A stretch of 64,000 bases of DNA from Dehalococcoidia bacterium (GTDB taxonomy: Bacteria > Chloroflexota > Dehalococcoidia > Lucifugimonadales > JADFKI01). The notes under the pieces are model-generated. The model did no database searches. It was not told the origin of the DNA and saw only the letters and a list, made by a program, of their open reading frames with translations. The position numbers were made by a program, and so were the translations under genes. Location of the stretch: positions 547,577 to 611,576 of the forward strand of contig CBDESO010000008.1 of the NCBI GenBank assembly GCA_965242555.1. The letters are read 5' to 3'. How positions within the stretch are numbered: the stretch's first letter is position 1; every line of letters begins with the position of its first letter. Below, piece after piece: positions 8,592 to 17,831 of this stretch.

Positions 8592-8614
8592 GCTTGACAA
8601 CCTGCGATACAATT
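8592..8614 (+). promoter_or_regulatory. Copy B of the shared 23-nt upstream motif
   Basis: gcttgacaacctgcgatacaatt lies 47 nt upstream of ATG 8661 and contains TACAAT. Confidence 0.3.
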
Positions 8615-8660
8615 CCCACCATTGATTACCCACACCCCCACACCGCTAGGAGGCATTGCA

Positions 8661-10208
8661 ATGAAATACGACTACATCGTCATAGGCGCGGGTTCGGCGG
8701 GATCCATACTCGCCACGCGCTTGACCGAAGACCCGAACACATCGGTACTGCTGCTTGAGGCGGGCCCCGACTACCCCGACCTGGACAGCCTGCCCGAAGA
8801 GGTCAAGTACGGCTACGCATCCGCGACCGACATTATGACCAGCGACCACAACTGGCAGTTCACCGCCAAGGCGACCGACGCCGCGCAGCCTATGATGGTG
8901 CCGCGCGGCAAGGTCACCGGCGGCTCCAGCGCCATCAATGGCCAAATCTTCCTGCGCGGCGTCCCCGACGACTACGACCGCTGGGCGGCCTGGGGCAATG
9001 ACGAATGGTCATTCGAGAAGTCTCTCCCCTACTTCCGCAAGCTGGAAACCGATACCACATACGCAGACGACTTCCACGGCACAGACGGCCCTATCATCTG
9101 CCACCGATTCCCGCCCGAAACCTGGCGCGGCGCGTCCAAGGCGTTCTACGAGTCCTGCCTGGCATACGGCTTCGCCGACTGCCCCGACCACAACGCGCCC
9201 GACTCCACCGGCGTCGGCCCCCTGCCCCTCAACAACCCCGAGGGCATCCGCTGGAGCACAAACCTCGGCTACCTCAGCCTATCGCGCCACCGCCTCAACC
9301 TCACCATCCGCCCCAACTGCGTCGTCCACCGCATCGTCTTTGACGGCGATCGCGCCACCGGCGTGGACGTGGAAAGCGGCGGCGAGCGGTTCGTGGTGGA
9401 GGCGGACGAAATCATACTCAGCGCCGGCGCCGTTGGCTCGCCGCAGATACTTATGCTCTCCGGCATCGGCCCCGCCGACCACCTGCGCGATGTAGGCATC
9501 CCCCTGCACAAAGACCTGCCCGGCGTGGGGCAGAACCTGCGCGACCATCCCCTCGTGTTCGTAACCTGGAATACCAAGCCCGAATACGACTTGGAGACAT
9601 TCGGCCCCCGCATCCAATTCGGGCTGCGCTACACCGCCGCCGGCTCCGATATGGAAAACGATATGATAGTCTATATGAACATCTACGCCACCGACCGCGT
9701 GGACAGGGGCGGCGACCGCATGACCCCGATAGGCGTCCGGATGATAGTCGGGCTTGACCTCGCGCTCGGCGCGGGCGAGCTAAAGCTGCAATCCGCCGAC
9801 CCCAATACGCAGCCCATCCTGGACTACAACTACTTCCAAGAGCCGTTTGACCGCGAGCGCATGCGCGAGGCAGTCCGCATCTGCTCCAATCTCGGCGAAC
9901 ACGACGCTTGGAAAGACATCATCGACCGCCGCATAGAGCCGCCCGACGAGGCGTTCGAGTCCGACGACGCGCTGGACGCCTGGATGATGCGCGAGGTCAC
10001 CACAGGACACCACATATCCTGCACCTGCAAGATGGGCGCCGCCGACGACCCGATGGCGGTTGTCGACCAGTACGGCAAGGTTCACGGCGTAGAGGGCTTG
10101 CGCGTGGTTGACGCATCCATAATGCCCGACTGCGTGCGCGCCAACATCAATGTAACCACGATGATGATAGGCGAGCGCATCGCCGACTTCGTAAAGGCGA
10201 AAGCGTAG
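8661..10208 (+). CDS. GMC family oxidoreductase (choline dehydrogenase-like flavoprotein)
   Basis: [34 protein letters not shown] is the FAD-binding signature, and AGGAGG lies upstream of ATG 8661. The C-terminal part contains [10 protein letters not shown]...VVDASIMP. Confidence 0.9.
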   Translation: MKYDYIVIGAGSAGSILATRLTEDPNTSVLLLEAGPDYPDLDSLPEEVKYGYASATDIMTSDHNWQFTAKATDAAQPMMVPRGKVTGGSSAINGQIFLRGVPDDYDRWAAWGNDEWSFEKSLPYFRKLETDTTYADDFHGTDGPIICHRFPPETWRGASKAFYESCLAYGFADCPDHNAPDSTGVGPLPLNNPEGIRWSTNLGYLSLSRHRLNLTIRPNCVVHRIVFDGDRATGVDVESGGERFVVEADEIILSAGAVGSPQILMLSGIGPADHLRDVGIPLHKDLPGVGQNLRDHPLVFVTWNTKPEYDLETFGPRIQFGLRYTAAGSDMENDMIVYMNIYATDRVDRGGDRMTPIGVRMIVGLDLALGAGELKLQSADPNTQPILDYNYFQEPFDRERMREAVRICSNLGEHDAWKDIIDRRIEPPDEAFESDDALDAWMMREVTTGHHISCTCKMGAADDPMAVVDQYGKVHGVEGLRVVDASIMPDCVRANINVTTMMIGERIADFVKAKA

Positions 10209-10414
10209 CCAAGCCGGTTAATATGCCGCGCTATAGGCCCGCCAGTGGATAACCAGAGGGCAGGGCGATCGCCGCTTACTCAGTGGCAATTGCCCTGTCC
10301 TATTGCCTTGCCCATTGCGCGGGCTGCGGCTTAATGATATGGCTTGATGACGCCGGGCTGATGCTATTTGATGAGGCAAAGCGCAACCGCGTCGGCTAAG
10401 CTGGCGTCTTTGCC

Positions 10415-11188
10415 CTAGAACGCCACATACCCGCCGTCCACGGGTATCGCCACGCCCGTCACATAGTCCGACGCCGAGCTGGCGAGGAATACCGCCGTCC
10501 CCGCCATATCGTCCGGCGTCCCCCAGCGCCCGTGCGGAATGCGCGCCGAGATCAGCTCATAGCGCTCCCGGAAACCCTCTTCGGTTCGCAGCGGCTCTGT
10601 CAGGTCGGTCTCTATCCAGCCCGGCAGGATGCTGTTCACCTGAATGTTGTCTTTCGCCCACGCGGTCGCGAGGCTCTTCGTCAGCTGCACGACGCCGCCC
10701 TTGCTCGCCGAGTACGGCATAACCAGATCATGCCCGAATATGGATGTCATTGAGCCGATGTTGATAATCTTGCCGCCGCCCGCCTGCGCCATATGCGGAT
10801 ACGCCTCGCGGCAGGGCAGGAATGTGCCGGTCAGATTGATGTCCATAATCAGATTCCAATCGTCCAGCGTATAATCCTGCGGCGCTTTGCGGATGCCGAT
10901 GCCCGCGTTGTTCACCAGAATGTCAACGCCGCCGAAAGCCTCCACCGCCGCGCCGACCATATCCACCACTTCCCGCTCCCGCTGCACATTCGCGGTAACG
11001 CCTATTGCTTTCACCCCCAGCGCCTCTATGCGCCGCACGGCGTCATCCGTCTTCCGCCGATTGCGCGCCGCCACCACCACATTCGCGCCCGCCTGCGCCA
11101 GCCCAATGGCGATGCCAAGCCCGATGCCGCCGTTCCCCCCCGTAACCACCGCCGTCTTGCCGCCCAAATCAAACATTGCGCTAGTCAT
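10415..11188 (-). CDS. SDR family oxidoreductase
   Basis: GKTAVVTGGNGGIGLGIA (TGxxxGxG), NNAG and YSASKGG (YxxxK) are present. Confidence 0.9.
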   Translation of the reverse strand: MTSAMFDLGGKTAVVTGGNGGIGLGIAIGLAQAGANVVVAARNRRKTDDAVRRIEALGVKAIGVTANVQREREVVDMVGAAVEAFGGVDILVNNAGIGIRKAPQDYTLDDWNLIMDINLTGTFLPCREAYPHMAQAGGGKIINIGSMTSIFGHDLVMPYSASKGGVVQLTKSLATAWAKDNIQVNSILPGWIETDLTEPLRTEEGFRERYELISARIPHGRWGTPDDMAGTAVFLASSASDYVTGVAIPVDGGYVAF

Positions 11189-11378
11189 ATTCGCTCCCTA
11201 ATTGACTTATTGTCCTAATATGGTAACACAACAAACCCCAGAAATCGCACTTGAATTTCTCACGAGCAACGATCGGATAAACCTATTCACAATCCCTCAC
11301 CCAAAAGTTTTGGCTACTTCTATACAAAAATTAGCGCCTCGCGTTTCCCTATCTGATACAATCGGCAATGGAATTACC

Positions 11379-12842
11379 ATGCGCCCCTATCGGAAAAGGA
11401 ACAACGCCGTCTTGAAAACCACGCTTACAGCCCTGGCTATATCCATTCTGATAGCAGCCTGCGGCCAGACTGAGCCCCAGCCCGCGCCCGATCTTGAGGC
11501 AACCGTACAAACGATGGTGCAAGCCGCGCTCCCCACCGAAACGCCCGCCAGCGCGTCCGACATAGCCGTCGCAGTCGCAACCGGCGTCGCCGCGACCGTG
11601 GCTGCCCTGCCCACAACGCCCATTGCCGCCACAACCGCCGCGCCCGAACCGCCGCCAGCGCACACCACAACGCCAACGCCGACCGCGCTCCCCACGGCAA
11701 CGCCCAATCCGCCCGCTACACCAACGCCCGCTCCCACGCATACGCCGCCCCCATCGCCCACTCCCACCCTCGCGCAAATGGTAGAGGGCATCGCCCCCGG
11801 CTTGGTGTACATAGAGACATCTACGGGTAGCGGCTCTGGCTTTATCGTTGACGCCGACGGCTTGGTAGTCACAAATGCCCACGTCGTAGAGCGCTTTGAC
11901 AGCGTGGAAGTGGCGCTTGCCGACGGCAGCGAATACACCGGCAGCGTACTAGGCGTGGACGAAATAGCCGACCTTGCCCTAGTGCGCCTGCAATCGCCCC
12001 GCCGCTTTGACGCAATGCGGCTGGGAAACTCGGAGGACACGCAGGTTGGCGACGATGTCATTGCGCTAGGATTCCCGCTGCGATACGAACTTGGCGACTC
12101 GCCCACGGTCACGCGCGGCATAATCTCGTCCAAGCGAGTAGCCAACGGCGTTGCGGAACTGCAAACCGACGCCGCCATAAACCCCGGCAACAGCGGCGGT
12201 CCCCTTGTGAACCGCCACGGCAGCGTAATCGGCGTCAACTACGCCGAACTCCCCCTGTCCGACGGCAATCCCGTGGACAACATCGGCTTTTCGGTAGCCA
12301 TAAACGAGCTCAAATCCCGTATGAACGCGCTTGCCAAAGGCGATGATGTGCTGCTGCCAACTCCAACCCCCGGCGTATGGACTGAGTACCGCAATGCCGA
12401 TTTCGGCTACGCCATACACATCCCACCCGGCTGGCATCTGGAATCTGAAACCGCCGATGGCGACGCCACATTCGGGAATGAGGACTTCACCGCGTCCCTT
12501 GATGTGTTCGTATATGACCTATCCCAAACAAACTTCACCCTCGCCGACTTCGCCGAATGGCGCAGAGACGACTTAACCCAAATCGCGCAAAGCGAAGACT
12601 GGGACGTCTTTGAGGAAGTCAACCTTGAGCAAGGCGGCGGCGCTTTCTACTGGTTAACCTATCGCTGGGTAGTATCGTCCGACGCCAACTGCGTTTCGCG
12701 CGATTTGGAACTTCTCACCCTATCCGCGCGCTATCCCGCCGCGCCCTACGGCTTCAGCGTGGCGGCGGGCATCTGCGAGGACAACATTGACGCCCACGCC
12801 GACATAGTGGGCGAAATGATTGCGAGCTTTGCGACATACTAG
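11379..12842 (+). CDS. Trypsin-like serine protease (S1C/HtrA-type catalytic domain) lipoprotein with a PT-rich linker and an unknown C-terminal domain
   Basis: Signal peptide and lipobox LIAAC; catalytic text VVTNAHVV, DLALVRL and NPGNSGGPLVN. ATG 11379 was chosen for the signal peptide. Confidence 0.8.
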   Translation: MRPYRKRNNAVLKTTLTALAISILIAACGQTEPQPAPDLEATVQTMVQAALPTETPASASDIAVAVATGVAATVAALPTTPIAATTAAPEPPPAHTTTPTPTALPTATPNPPATPTPAPTHTPPPSPTPTLAQMVEGIAPGLVYIETSTGSGSGFIVDADGLVVTNAHVVERFDSVEVALADGSEYTGSVLGVDEIADLALVRLQSPRRFDAMRLGNSEDTQVGDDVIALGFPLRYELGDSPTVTRGIISSKRVANGVAELQTDAAINPGNSGGPLVNRHGSVIGVNYAELPLSDGNPVDNIGFSVAINELKSRMNALAKGDDVLLPTPTPGVWTEYRNADFGYAIHIPPGWHLESETADGDATFGNEDFTASLDVFVYDLSQTNFTLADFAEWRRDDLTQIAQSEDWDVFEEVNLEQGGGAFYWLTYRWVVSSDANCVSRDLELLTLSARYPAAPYGFSVAAGICEDNIDAHADIVGEMIASFATY

Positions 12843-13017
12843 CCCATCAGCCCATATCGGCGGCTTATCCCTGCCCTTGTGAATAACGGCTTGCCGCCCG
12901 CGCTTAACCCGATATACGCAAGATTTATCCCCCGCGCCCGCGAATAGTGTATGATAAGGCGCAGCCACACTCGGCAATCACACACCCGCAACCACCCCCA
13001 CAAAGGAGGCACTCCCC

Positions 13018-13866
13018 ATGGCAAACATCGGCATTGCGACCGCCCTGCCCGCGTACACCGTTGACCCTGCGTACACCGCGAGGCGCGCCGAAGAGCTGGG
13101 CTTTGAGTCGCTCTGGTACGCCGAGCATCCCGTTATGCCCGTCCATTCCACAAGCCCGTTTCCCGGCTCGCCCGACGGCGTCATCCCCGATACCTACTCC
13201 CACTTCACCGACCCGTACATCGCCCTCGCCCGCGCGTCCGGCGTCACCACCACGCTCAAGCTCGGCACGGGCATAACGCTCATCACCGAGCGCAACCCGC
13301 TCGTCCTCGCCAAGACCATCGCCGCCTTGGATATGTACAGCGGCGGCAGATTCCTGTTCGGCATCGGCACGGGCTGGCACCGCGAAGAGACCGAGATGTT
13401 CGGCGGCGACTTCGACCACCGCTGGACGCAGGCGCGCGAGGCCGTGCTCGCCCTCAAAGAGCTCTGGACGCAGGACGAGGCGGAGTTTCACGGCAAATAC
13501 TACGACTTCCCGCCCGTGCGCTGCTACCCCAAGCCCGCGCAAGACCCGCATCCCCCCGTGTTGCTGGGCGGCATGGCGAAGAATGTCCTGCGCCGCGTTG
13601 CCCGCTGGGGCGACGGCTGGCTGCCCAACCGCGTTACCCCCCAGCGCGTCAGCCAGGCGCGCGCCGAACTGGACGCGCTCGCCGGCGAATACGGCCGCGA
13701 CTCCGCCGCCCTCACCATAAGCGTACACGGCCAAGAACCCAACCGCGCCCTAGCCAACTCATTCCTAGACGCCGGCGCCGACCGCGTCATCGTCCGAACC
13801 GACCTCTGCCACACCGAAGACGCGATGGGCGCCGAGCTAGAGCGCGTGGCGGAGGCCGTCCTGTAA
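13018..13866 (+). CDS. LLM-class (luciferase-like) oxidoreductase, probably F420-dependent
   Basis: It contains SLWYAEH and TIAALDMYSGGRFLFGIGTGW, has the ~280-aa size typical of the Rv2161c-like F420 subgroup, and has GGAGG upstream of the ATG. Confidence 0.75.
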   Translation: MANIGIATALPAYTVDPAYTARRAEELGFESLWYAEHPVMPVHSTSPFPGSPDGVIPDTYSHFTDPYIALARASGVTTTLKLGTGITLITERNPLVLAKTIAALDMYSGGRFLFGIGTGWHREETEMFGGDFDHRWTQAREAVLALKELWTQDEAEFHGKYYDFPPVRCYPKPAQDPHPPVLLGGMAKNVLRRVARWGDGWLPNRVTPQRVSQARAELDALAGEYGRDSAALTISVHGQEPNRALANSFLDAGADRVIVRTDLCHTEDAMGAELERVAEAVL

Positions 13867-13904
13867 GCCGACTGCCCCAACCAACCGCGCTGCCCGCCCC
13901 AAGC

Positions 13905-15377
13905 CTATGGCACGGATATGATCTCGCTTGTGTCCGTCGGGTGAAGTTCCCCTGTGTCAGGGTGAATTGTAACGCCGCCCGCAATCAAGACCCTGCCATC
14001 GGGCAGCGCGGTCGCCGAATGGTCGTAACGCGGCTCTGCCATGTCAGGCCCCCGCGTCCAGGCGTTGGTCTCAGGATCATAGATTTCGGTTGTGGACATC
14101 TGGAGTACCGCGCCATCCCCTTGGCCTACTCCGCCTGACGCAAGCGCCCTGCCATCAGGCAGCAGCGTCAGCGCGGAGAAATGAACTCGCGCCCCAACCA
14201 TATCGCCCGTGGGCGTCCAAGCGCCGGTAGCGGGGTCGTAAATCTCCGCGCTGCTCTTTACAGCCTGAACTATGTGTTCCCCCTCGCCGATTGTAGCGCC
14301 GATAACCAGCGCCTTGCCATCAGACAAAACTACCGCTTTCGGATCTCCGCGCGCGCCACGCATGCCTGACACGATAGTCCACTCGTCGGCGTCAGGATCA
14401 TAAATCTCCGCGCCTATCTTATCGTCATCGCTATGAGCATGGTGTACAAGCAACGCGCCGCCGTTTCGCAGCGCGACTATAGTTGACGCCTCGCTTATGT
14501 GATTGATAGGCGCTGCCGACTGCCACTGCCTTGCGCGTGGATCGAAAATTTCGCTTTCGCGCGCATACAGATAAGTGAACCCATCGTCTTTGATGAATTG
14601 CAGATCGCCCGCCGCAATCACCCGGCCGTCCTGCAACCGCGCAAGGAGTGGCCCTCCCCCGGCCATTACTGAGGGCGCGGGCAATGGCGTCCATAACTGC
14701 GTTGCCGGGTCCATCATAGATGCGGCAACCTCATATTCGGTCTCATCGCTGCCGATCTCTACAACCATAATTGCGCCGTCCGCCATCAAAACCACTGACG
14801 ACATAACCGCGCAGCTATCGCCCAGGTTATCACCCGCAGGGCTTATGACTGACCAGCCCCTCTCAGGGTGATAAACATCAAGGTGAGTTATGGGAATCGG
14901 ATCCGTGAAGTTAAGCTCGACTCTATCGCTCCAGCTCCAGCCGCCGCTAATTATGACGCGGCCGTCCGGCAACAACGTCCCCGTATGCTTGAGACGCGGC
15001 GCGGCGAGCCGTGTGGGATCGCCGGTATCAAGCGCGGCGGTGTGTAGCGTGTGCGGGCAAGGAACGGGATGGTTATGGCCCCGCGCGGCGGACGGAACGG
15101 CCGTTGTCGCCGCTGATGCAAATGTAGCTGTAGGCGGGATTGCTGTGGGCGCAGGCGTAGCAGTGGGCGTCGGCGTATCCGGCAGCGCGGTCGGCAACCA
15201 CTCAGGCGCCTCTGACGCGAATGTGGGCGTAGGCGGGATAGCAGTCGCAGTCGGCGCAACCGACGTAGCCGTAGGCGCAACCGCCACCGCCGCCGGCTGA
15301 ACCTGCGTATCCGATCCCATACCACACCCGCCCAACGCCACCGCCCACCCAACCGCCACCGCCGCCAGCGCCCTCAT
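13905..15377 (-). CDS. Kelch/beta-propeller repeat lipoprotein with a PT-rich linker
   Basis: Signal peptide and lipobox (MRALAAVAVGWAVALGGC). Repeated LLPDGRVIISGG / LLPDGRALASGG / ALPDGRVLIAGG blades. The start was moved to Met20 of the listed ORF. Confidence 0.65.
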   Translation of the reverse strand: MRALAAVAVGWAVALGGCGMGSDTQVQPAAVAVAPTATSVAPTATAIPPTPTFASEAPEWLPTALPDTPTPTATPAPTAIPPTATFASAATTAVPSAARGHNHPVPCPHTLHTAALDTGDPTRLAAPRLKHTGTLLPDGRVIISGGWSWSDRVELNFTDPIPITHLDVYHPERGWSVISPAGDNLGDSCAVMSSVVLMADGAIMVVEIGSDETEYEVAASMMDPATQLWTPLPAPSVMAGGGPLLARLQDGRVIAAGDLQFIKDDGFTYLYARESEIFDPRARQWQSAAPINHISEASTIVALRNGGALLVHHAHSDDDKIGAEIYDPDADEWTIVSGMRGARGDPKAVVLSDGKALVIGATIGEGEHIVQAVKSSAEIYDPATGAWTPTGDMVGARVHFSALTLLPDGRALASGGVGQGDGAVLQMSTTEIYDPETNAWTRGPDMAEPRYDHSATALPDGRVLIAGGVTIHPDTGELHPTDTSEIISVP

Positions 15378-15433
15378 CGCATACCCTCTCGTGCCTTTGT
15401 GCATCCCAGCCCCCGCGCTCTCCGAAACCGCCA

Positions 15434-16588
15434 CTACCCCCGCCTCTTGAACTCCGGTATCACATACTTCCCGAACAGCTCAATTGACTCCATCACCTGC
15501 TCGTGGGGAACCGTCTCCGTCTGCATCATTATCATCATCTGGTCTATCCCGATCGCCTCGTGCTTTTTCAGCGCCTCTATGCAGCTGTCCGGGTTGCCCG
15601 CGATGACCACGCCGCGGTCGCACAGCGTATCCGCGTCCAGGTCGCTCCAAATCCGATGCGCTATCGCCGAGCCGCCTGAGTAGTCCAGGATGTCATCCTT
15701 GACCTCCTCTTCCTCGTCCACATCCACATAGCGCGAAAAGTTCGCTTTCAAGTGGTCGGGGACGCCGCCCCACTTGTCCAGCAGCTGCGCGTACACATCT
15801 TTCTGCCCCTGCACATACGGCCTGTCGGGCCCAAAGAAGTTTTTGAGCGACTGCGCGCCCATCTCTTTCGCCTTGCGGTCGTCCTCCAAGCACACGCCCA
15901 GCGTTGAGCTCGCCCACTGCCCGTTCACAAAGCCGCCCACAGGGTTGGCGCGCTTGACCTTTTCTTTGTACGCCTTGACATACGGCTCAAGCGAACTGGG
16001 CGCGCTCGACCCGAATGAAAGCACGCCGATGCCCTTTTCGGCGGCGATGTCGTAGGTCGCCGGCTGCAGCGCCGCAACCCATATCGGCGGATGCGGATCC
16101 TGGTATGGCTTGGGCAGCACCTGCCGCTCCGGCACCTGCCAGAACTTGCCCTCATACGAGAACCAGTCCGACTGCCATATCTGCGGCACCATAGCCAGCG
16201 ACTCTTCCCACATCTCGCGGCTGTCGCGCGGGTCGATGCCCATCCCCGTCAGCTCGTAGGGCGCCGACCGTCCCGTCCCGAAATCCACCCTGCCCTCCGA
16301 CAGGTGGTCAAGCATCGCCACGCGCTCCGCCACGCGGTTGGGGTGGTGATACGGCAGGATAACCACGCCCAAGCCCAGCCGTATCCGCTTTGTGCGCTGG
16401 CTTAGCGCGGCATACACCAAGTCCGGGCAGGGCGACGCCGAAAAGCCCGTGAGGAAGTGATGCTCCACGAACCACAGGTAGTCAAACCCGACTTCGTCCG
16501 CGAGGATGCACTGCTCCATAGTTTCGGTCAGAACCAGATGGTCGTCCAGCGACGGCCGCTGCATTTCGTATTGTAGGGCGAGTTTCAT
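15434..16588 (-). CDS. LLM-class flavin-dependent oxidoreductase
   Basis: It contains GFDYLWFVEHHF and the luciferase-like TIM-barrel text LDHLSEGRVDFGTGRS. Length is 384 aa. Confidence 0.8.
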   Translation of the reverse strand: MKLALQYEMQRPSLDDHLVLTETMEQCILADEVGFDYLWFVEHHFLTGFSASPCPDLVYAALSQRTKRIRLGLGVVILPYHHPNRVAERVAMLDHLSEGRVDFGTGRSAPYELTGMGIDPRDSREMWEESLAMVPQIWQSDWFSYEGKFWQVPERQVLPKPYQDPHPPIWVAALQPATYDIAAEKGIGVLSFGSSAPSSLEPYVKAYKEKVKRANPVGGFVNGQWASSTLGVCLEDDRKAKEMGAQSLKNFFGPDRPYVQGQKDVYAQLLDKWGGVPDHLKANFSRYVDVDEEEEVKDDILDYSGGSAIAHRIWSDLDADTLCDRGVVIAGNPDSCIEALKKHEAIGIDQMMIMMQTETVPHEQVMESIELFGKYVIPEFKRRG

Positions 16589-16626
16589 TTCACTGCTCCA
16601 TAGCGCTAATGGCGTTCATAGTGTTC

Positions 16627-16704
16627 GGGGTATTCGGGATGTTTAGGTTAGGGCATTAAGATATTCGGGGTATTTAGGGTAGTCGGAGTATCAGGGTATC
16701 AGGG
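16627..16704 (+). repeat. Cluster of seven G3-4 tracts (GGG(G)TAT units) in an intergenic spacer
   Basis: G runs lie at 16627-30, 16636-38, 16651-53, 16667-70, 16677-79, 16694-96 and 16702-04. Confidence 0.6.
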
Positions 16705-16761
16705 CATCCAAAGCGTCCAATCGCCGCTTGCCCGCCGCGTTGCTCTTTGCCCATTTGCCCG

Positions 16762-17373
16762 TCAGGGATCGGACAGCGCGCGCAGAACCGCCGGCTTGGT
16801 CGCCGCGTCAAACGCCCGCTCGGTGGCGGATGTGAACAGCGATACGCACAATATCCGCGCGTCCGCGTTGATGCCGATGCCCAATGCGCGCATTGTGCTG
16901 TTGTAGATGCCCAGCGCCGCCTCAAGGCAGACCTGCGTCCGCCAGCGCTCTTCCCACGCGCCCGGATGCGCCGCCCGAATATGCGGCAGCGCTACGAACT
17001 GCGCCATAACCTCATCCGCCGCCTCGCACAGCGCCTCGAAATCCGCCGCGCGGTCATACCCGTCTATCCCCCGGTTGCGAAACAGCACGAGTTGATACAG
17101 CAGCATCCACCAGTATATCGCCGCCAGCCGCTGCCCGTTGAGCTTGCGCCGATGCCGCTGCAAATCCCAGTTCAGCGCCTTGTCCGAGTTCTTGACGAAT
17201 AGTTGGCTCACCACATCCGCCGCCGCGTTGCAGCACGCCGCCCACAGCGCCGCGCGCTTAGCGTCCGGCAGCGCCTCCGCCGCGCATCCCAGCGCGACGC
17301 GGTTCAGTTCCGCGATGTCCCCCCGCAGCCGCGCTTTGGCTACCGGCGGAAACAGCATTGGCAAAATATCCAT
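16762..17373 (-). CDS. Hypothetical protein
   Basis: A 203-codon ORF with ordinary composition and no competing ORF; no motif recognised. Confidence 0.4.
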   Translation of the reverse strand: MDILPMLFPPVAKARLRGDIAELNRVALGCAAEALPDAKRAALWAACCNAAADVVSQLFVKNSDKALNWDLQRHRRKLNGQRLAAIYWWMLLYQLVLFRNRGIDGYDRAADFEALCEAADEVMAQFVALPHIRAAHPGAWEERWRTQVCLEAALGIYNSTMRALGIGINADARILCVSLFTSATERAFDAATKPAVLRALSDP

Positions 17374-17491
17374 AGGCGGCTCGCAGATAGTTCAAGGCTA
17401 AACGCCCCATTTAAGAGGCTGCACAGCGCCGCGCGACAAATTCGCAACGCGGCGGCGCGTCAAGCGCAAGGGTAGCAATAGGCGGCGCAAA

Positions 17492-17548
17492 GGGCAAGGG
17501 GGGCAAGCGGTTTGCCGCCAACGCAATGGGGGATTGGGGATATGGGGG
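17492..17548 (+). repeat. G-tract cluster (GGG, GGGGGG, GGGGG, GGGG, GGGGG)
   Basis: G runs lie at 17492-94, 17498-503, 17528-32, 17536-39 and 17544-48. The last three are separated by 3-4 nt loops. Confidence 0.6.
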
Positions 17549-17575
17549 AGCGTTAGGCAATACGGGAAATAGCAA

Positions 17576-17649
17576 TGGCTGCCCGGCGAGGATTCGAACC
17601 TCGGTCAAAGGATCCAAAGTCCTTTGTGCTACCACTACACTACCGGGCA
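17576..17649 (-). tRNA. tRNA-Gln (anticodon TTG), CCA encoded
   Basis: Hand-folded cloverleaf: acceptor TGCCCGG/CCGGGCA (U1-A72), D stem GTGT/GCAC, anticodon arm AAGGA-CTTTGGA-TCCTT, T arm CGAGG-TTCGAAT-CCTCG, discriminator G, then CCA. Confidence 0.85.
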
Positions 17650-17831
17650 GCGTCGTAACGCGCCTATCTAATATAGCGCATTGGGCGGGTTATAGGCTAG
17701 GTTTGGGGGTAAGTTTGGCTTGGCGAATTGCTTGCCGATTTCACAAGTTAGCGGTTATGCCGCGTTTGGATTATACTTGTGCGTAATGCAGCGGCTATCG
17801 GCTTTAAGCGAATGTTACGCGGGGGAACAAA

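Noticed and set aside
10258-10300. A hairpin (gggcagggcgat ... attgccctgtcc) between the convergent GMC and SDR genes as a rho-independent terminator.
   Set aside because: The stem needs two G-U pairs, the loop is 19 nt and there is no trailing U tract. It is not convincing as a bidirectional terminator.
12925-13734. A 269-aa minus-strand ORF.
   Set aside because: It is the shadow of the LLM oxidoreductase gene at 13018-13866.
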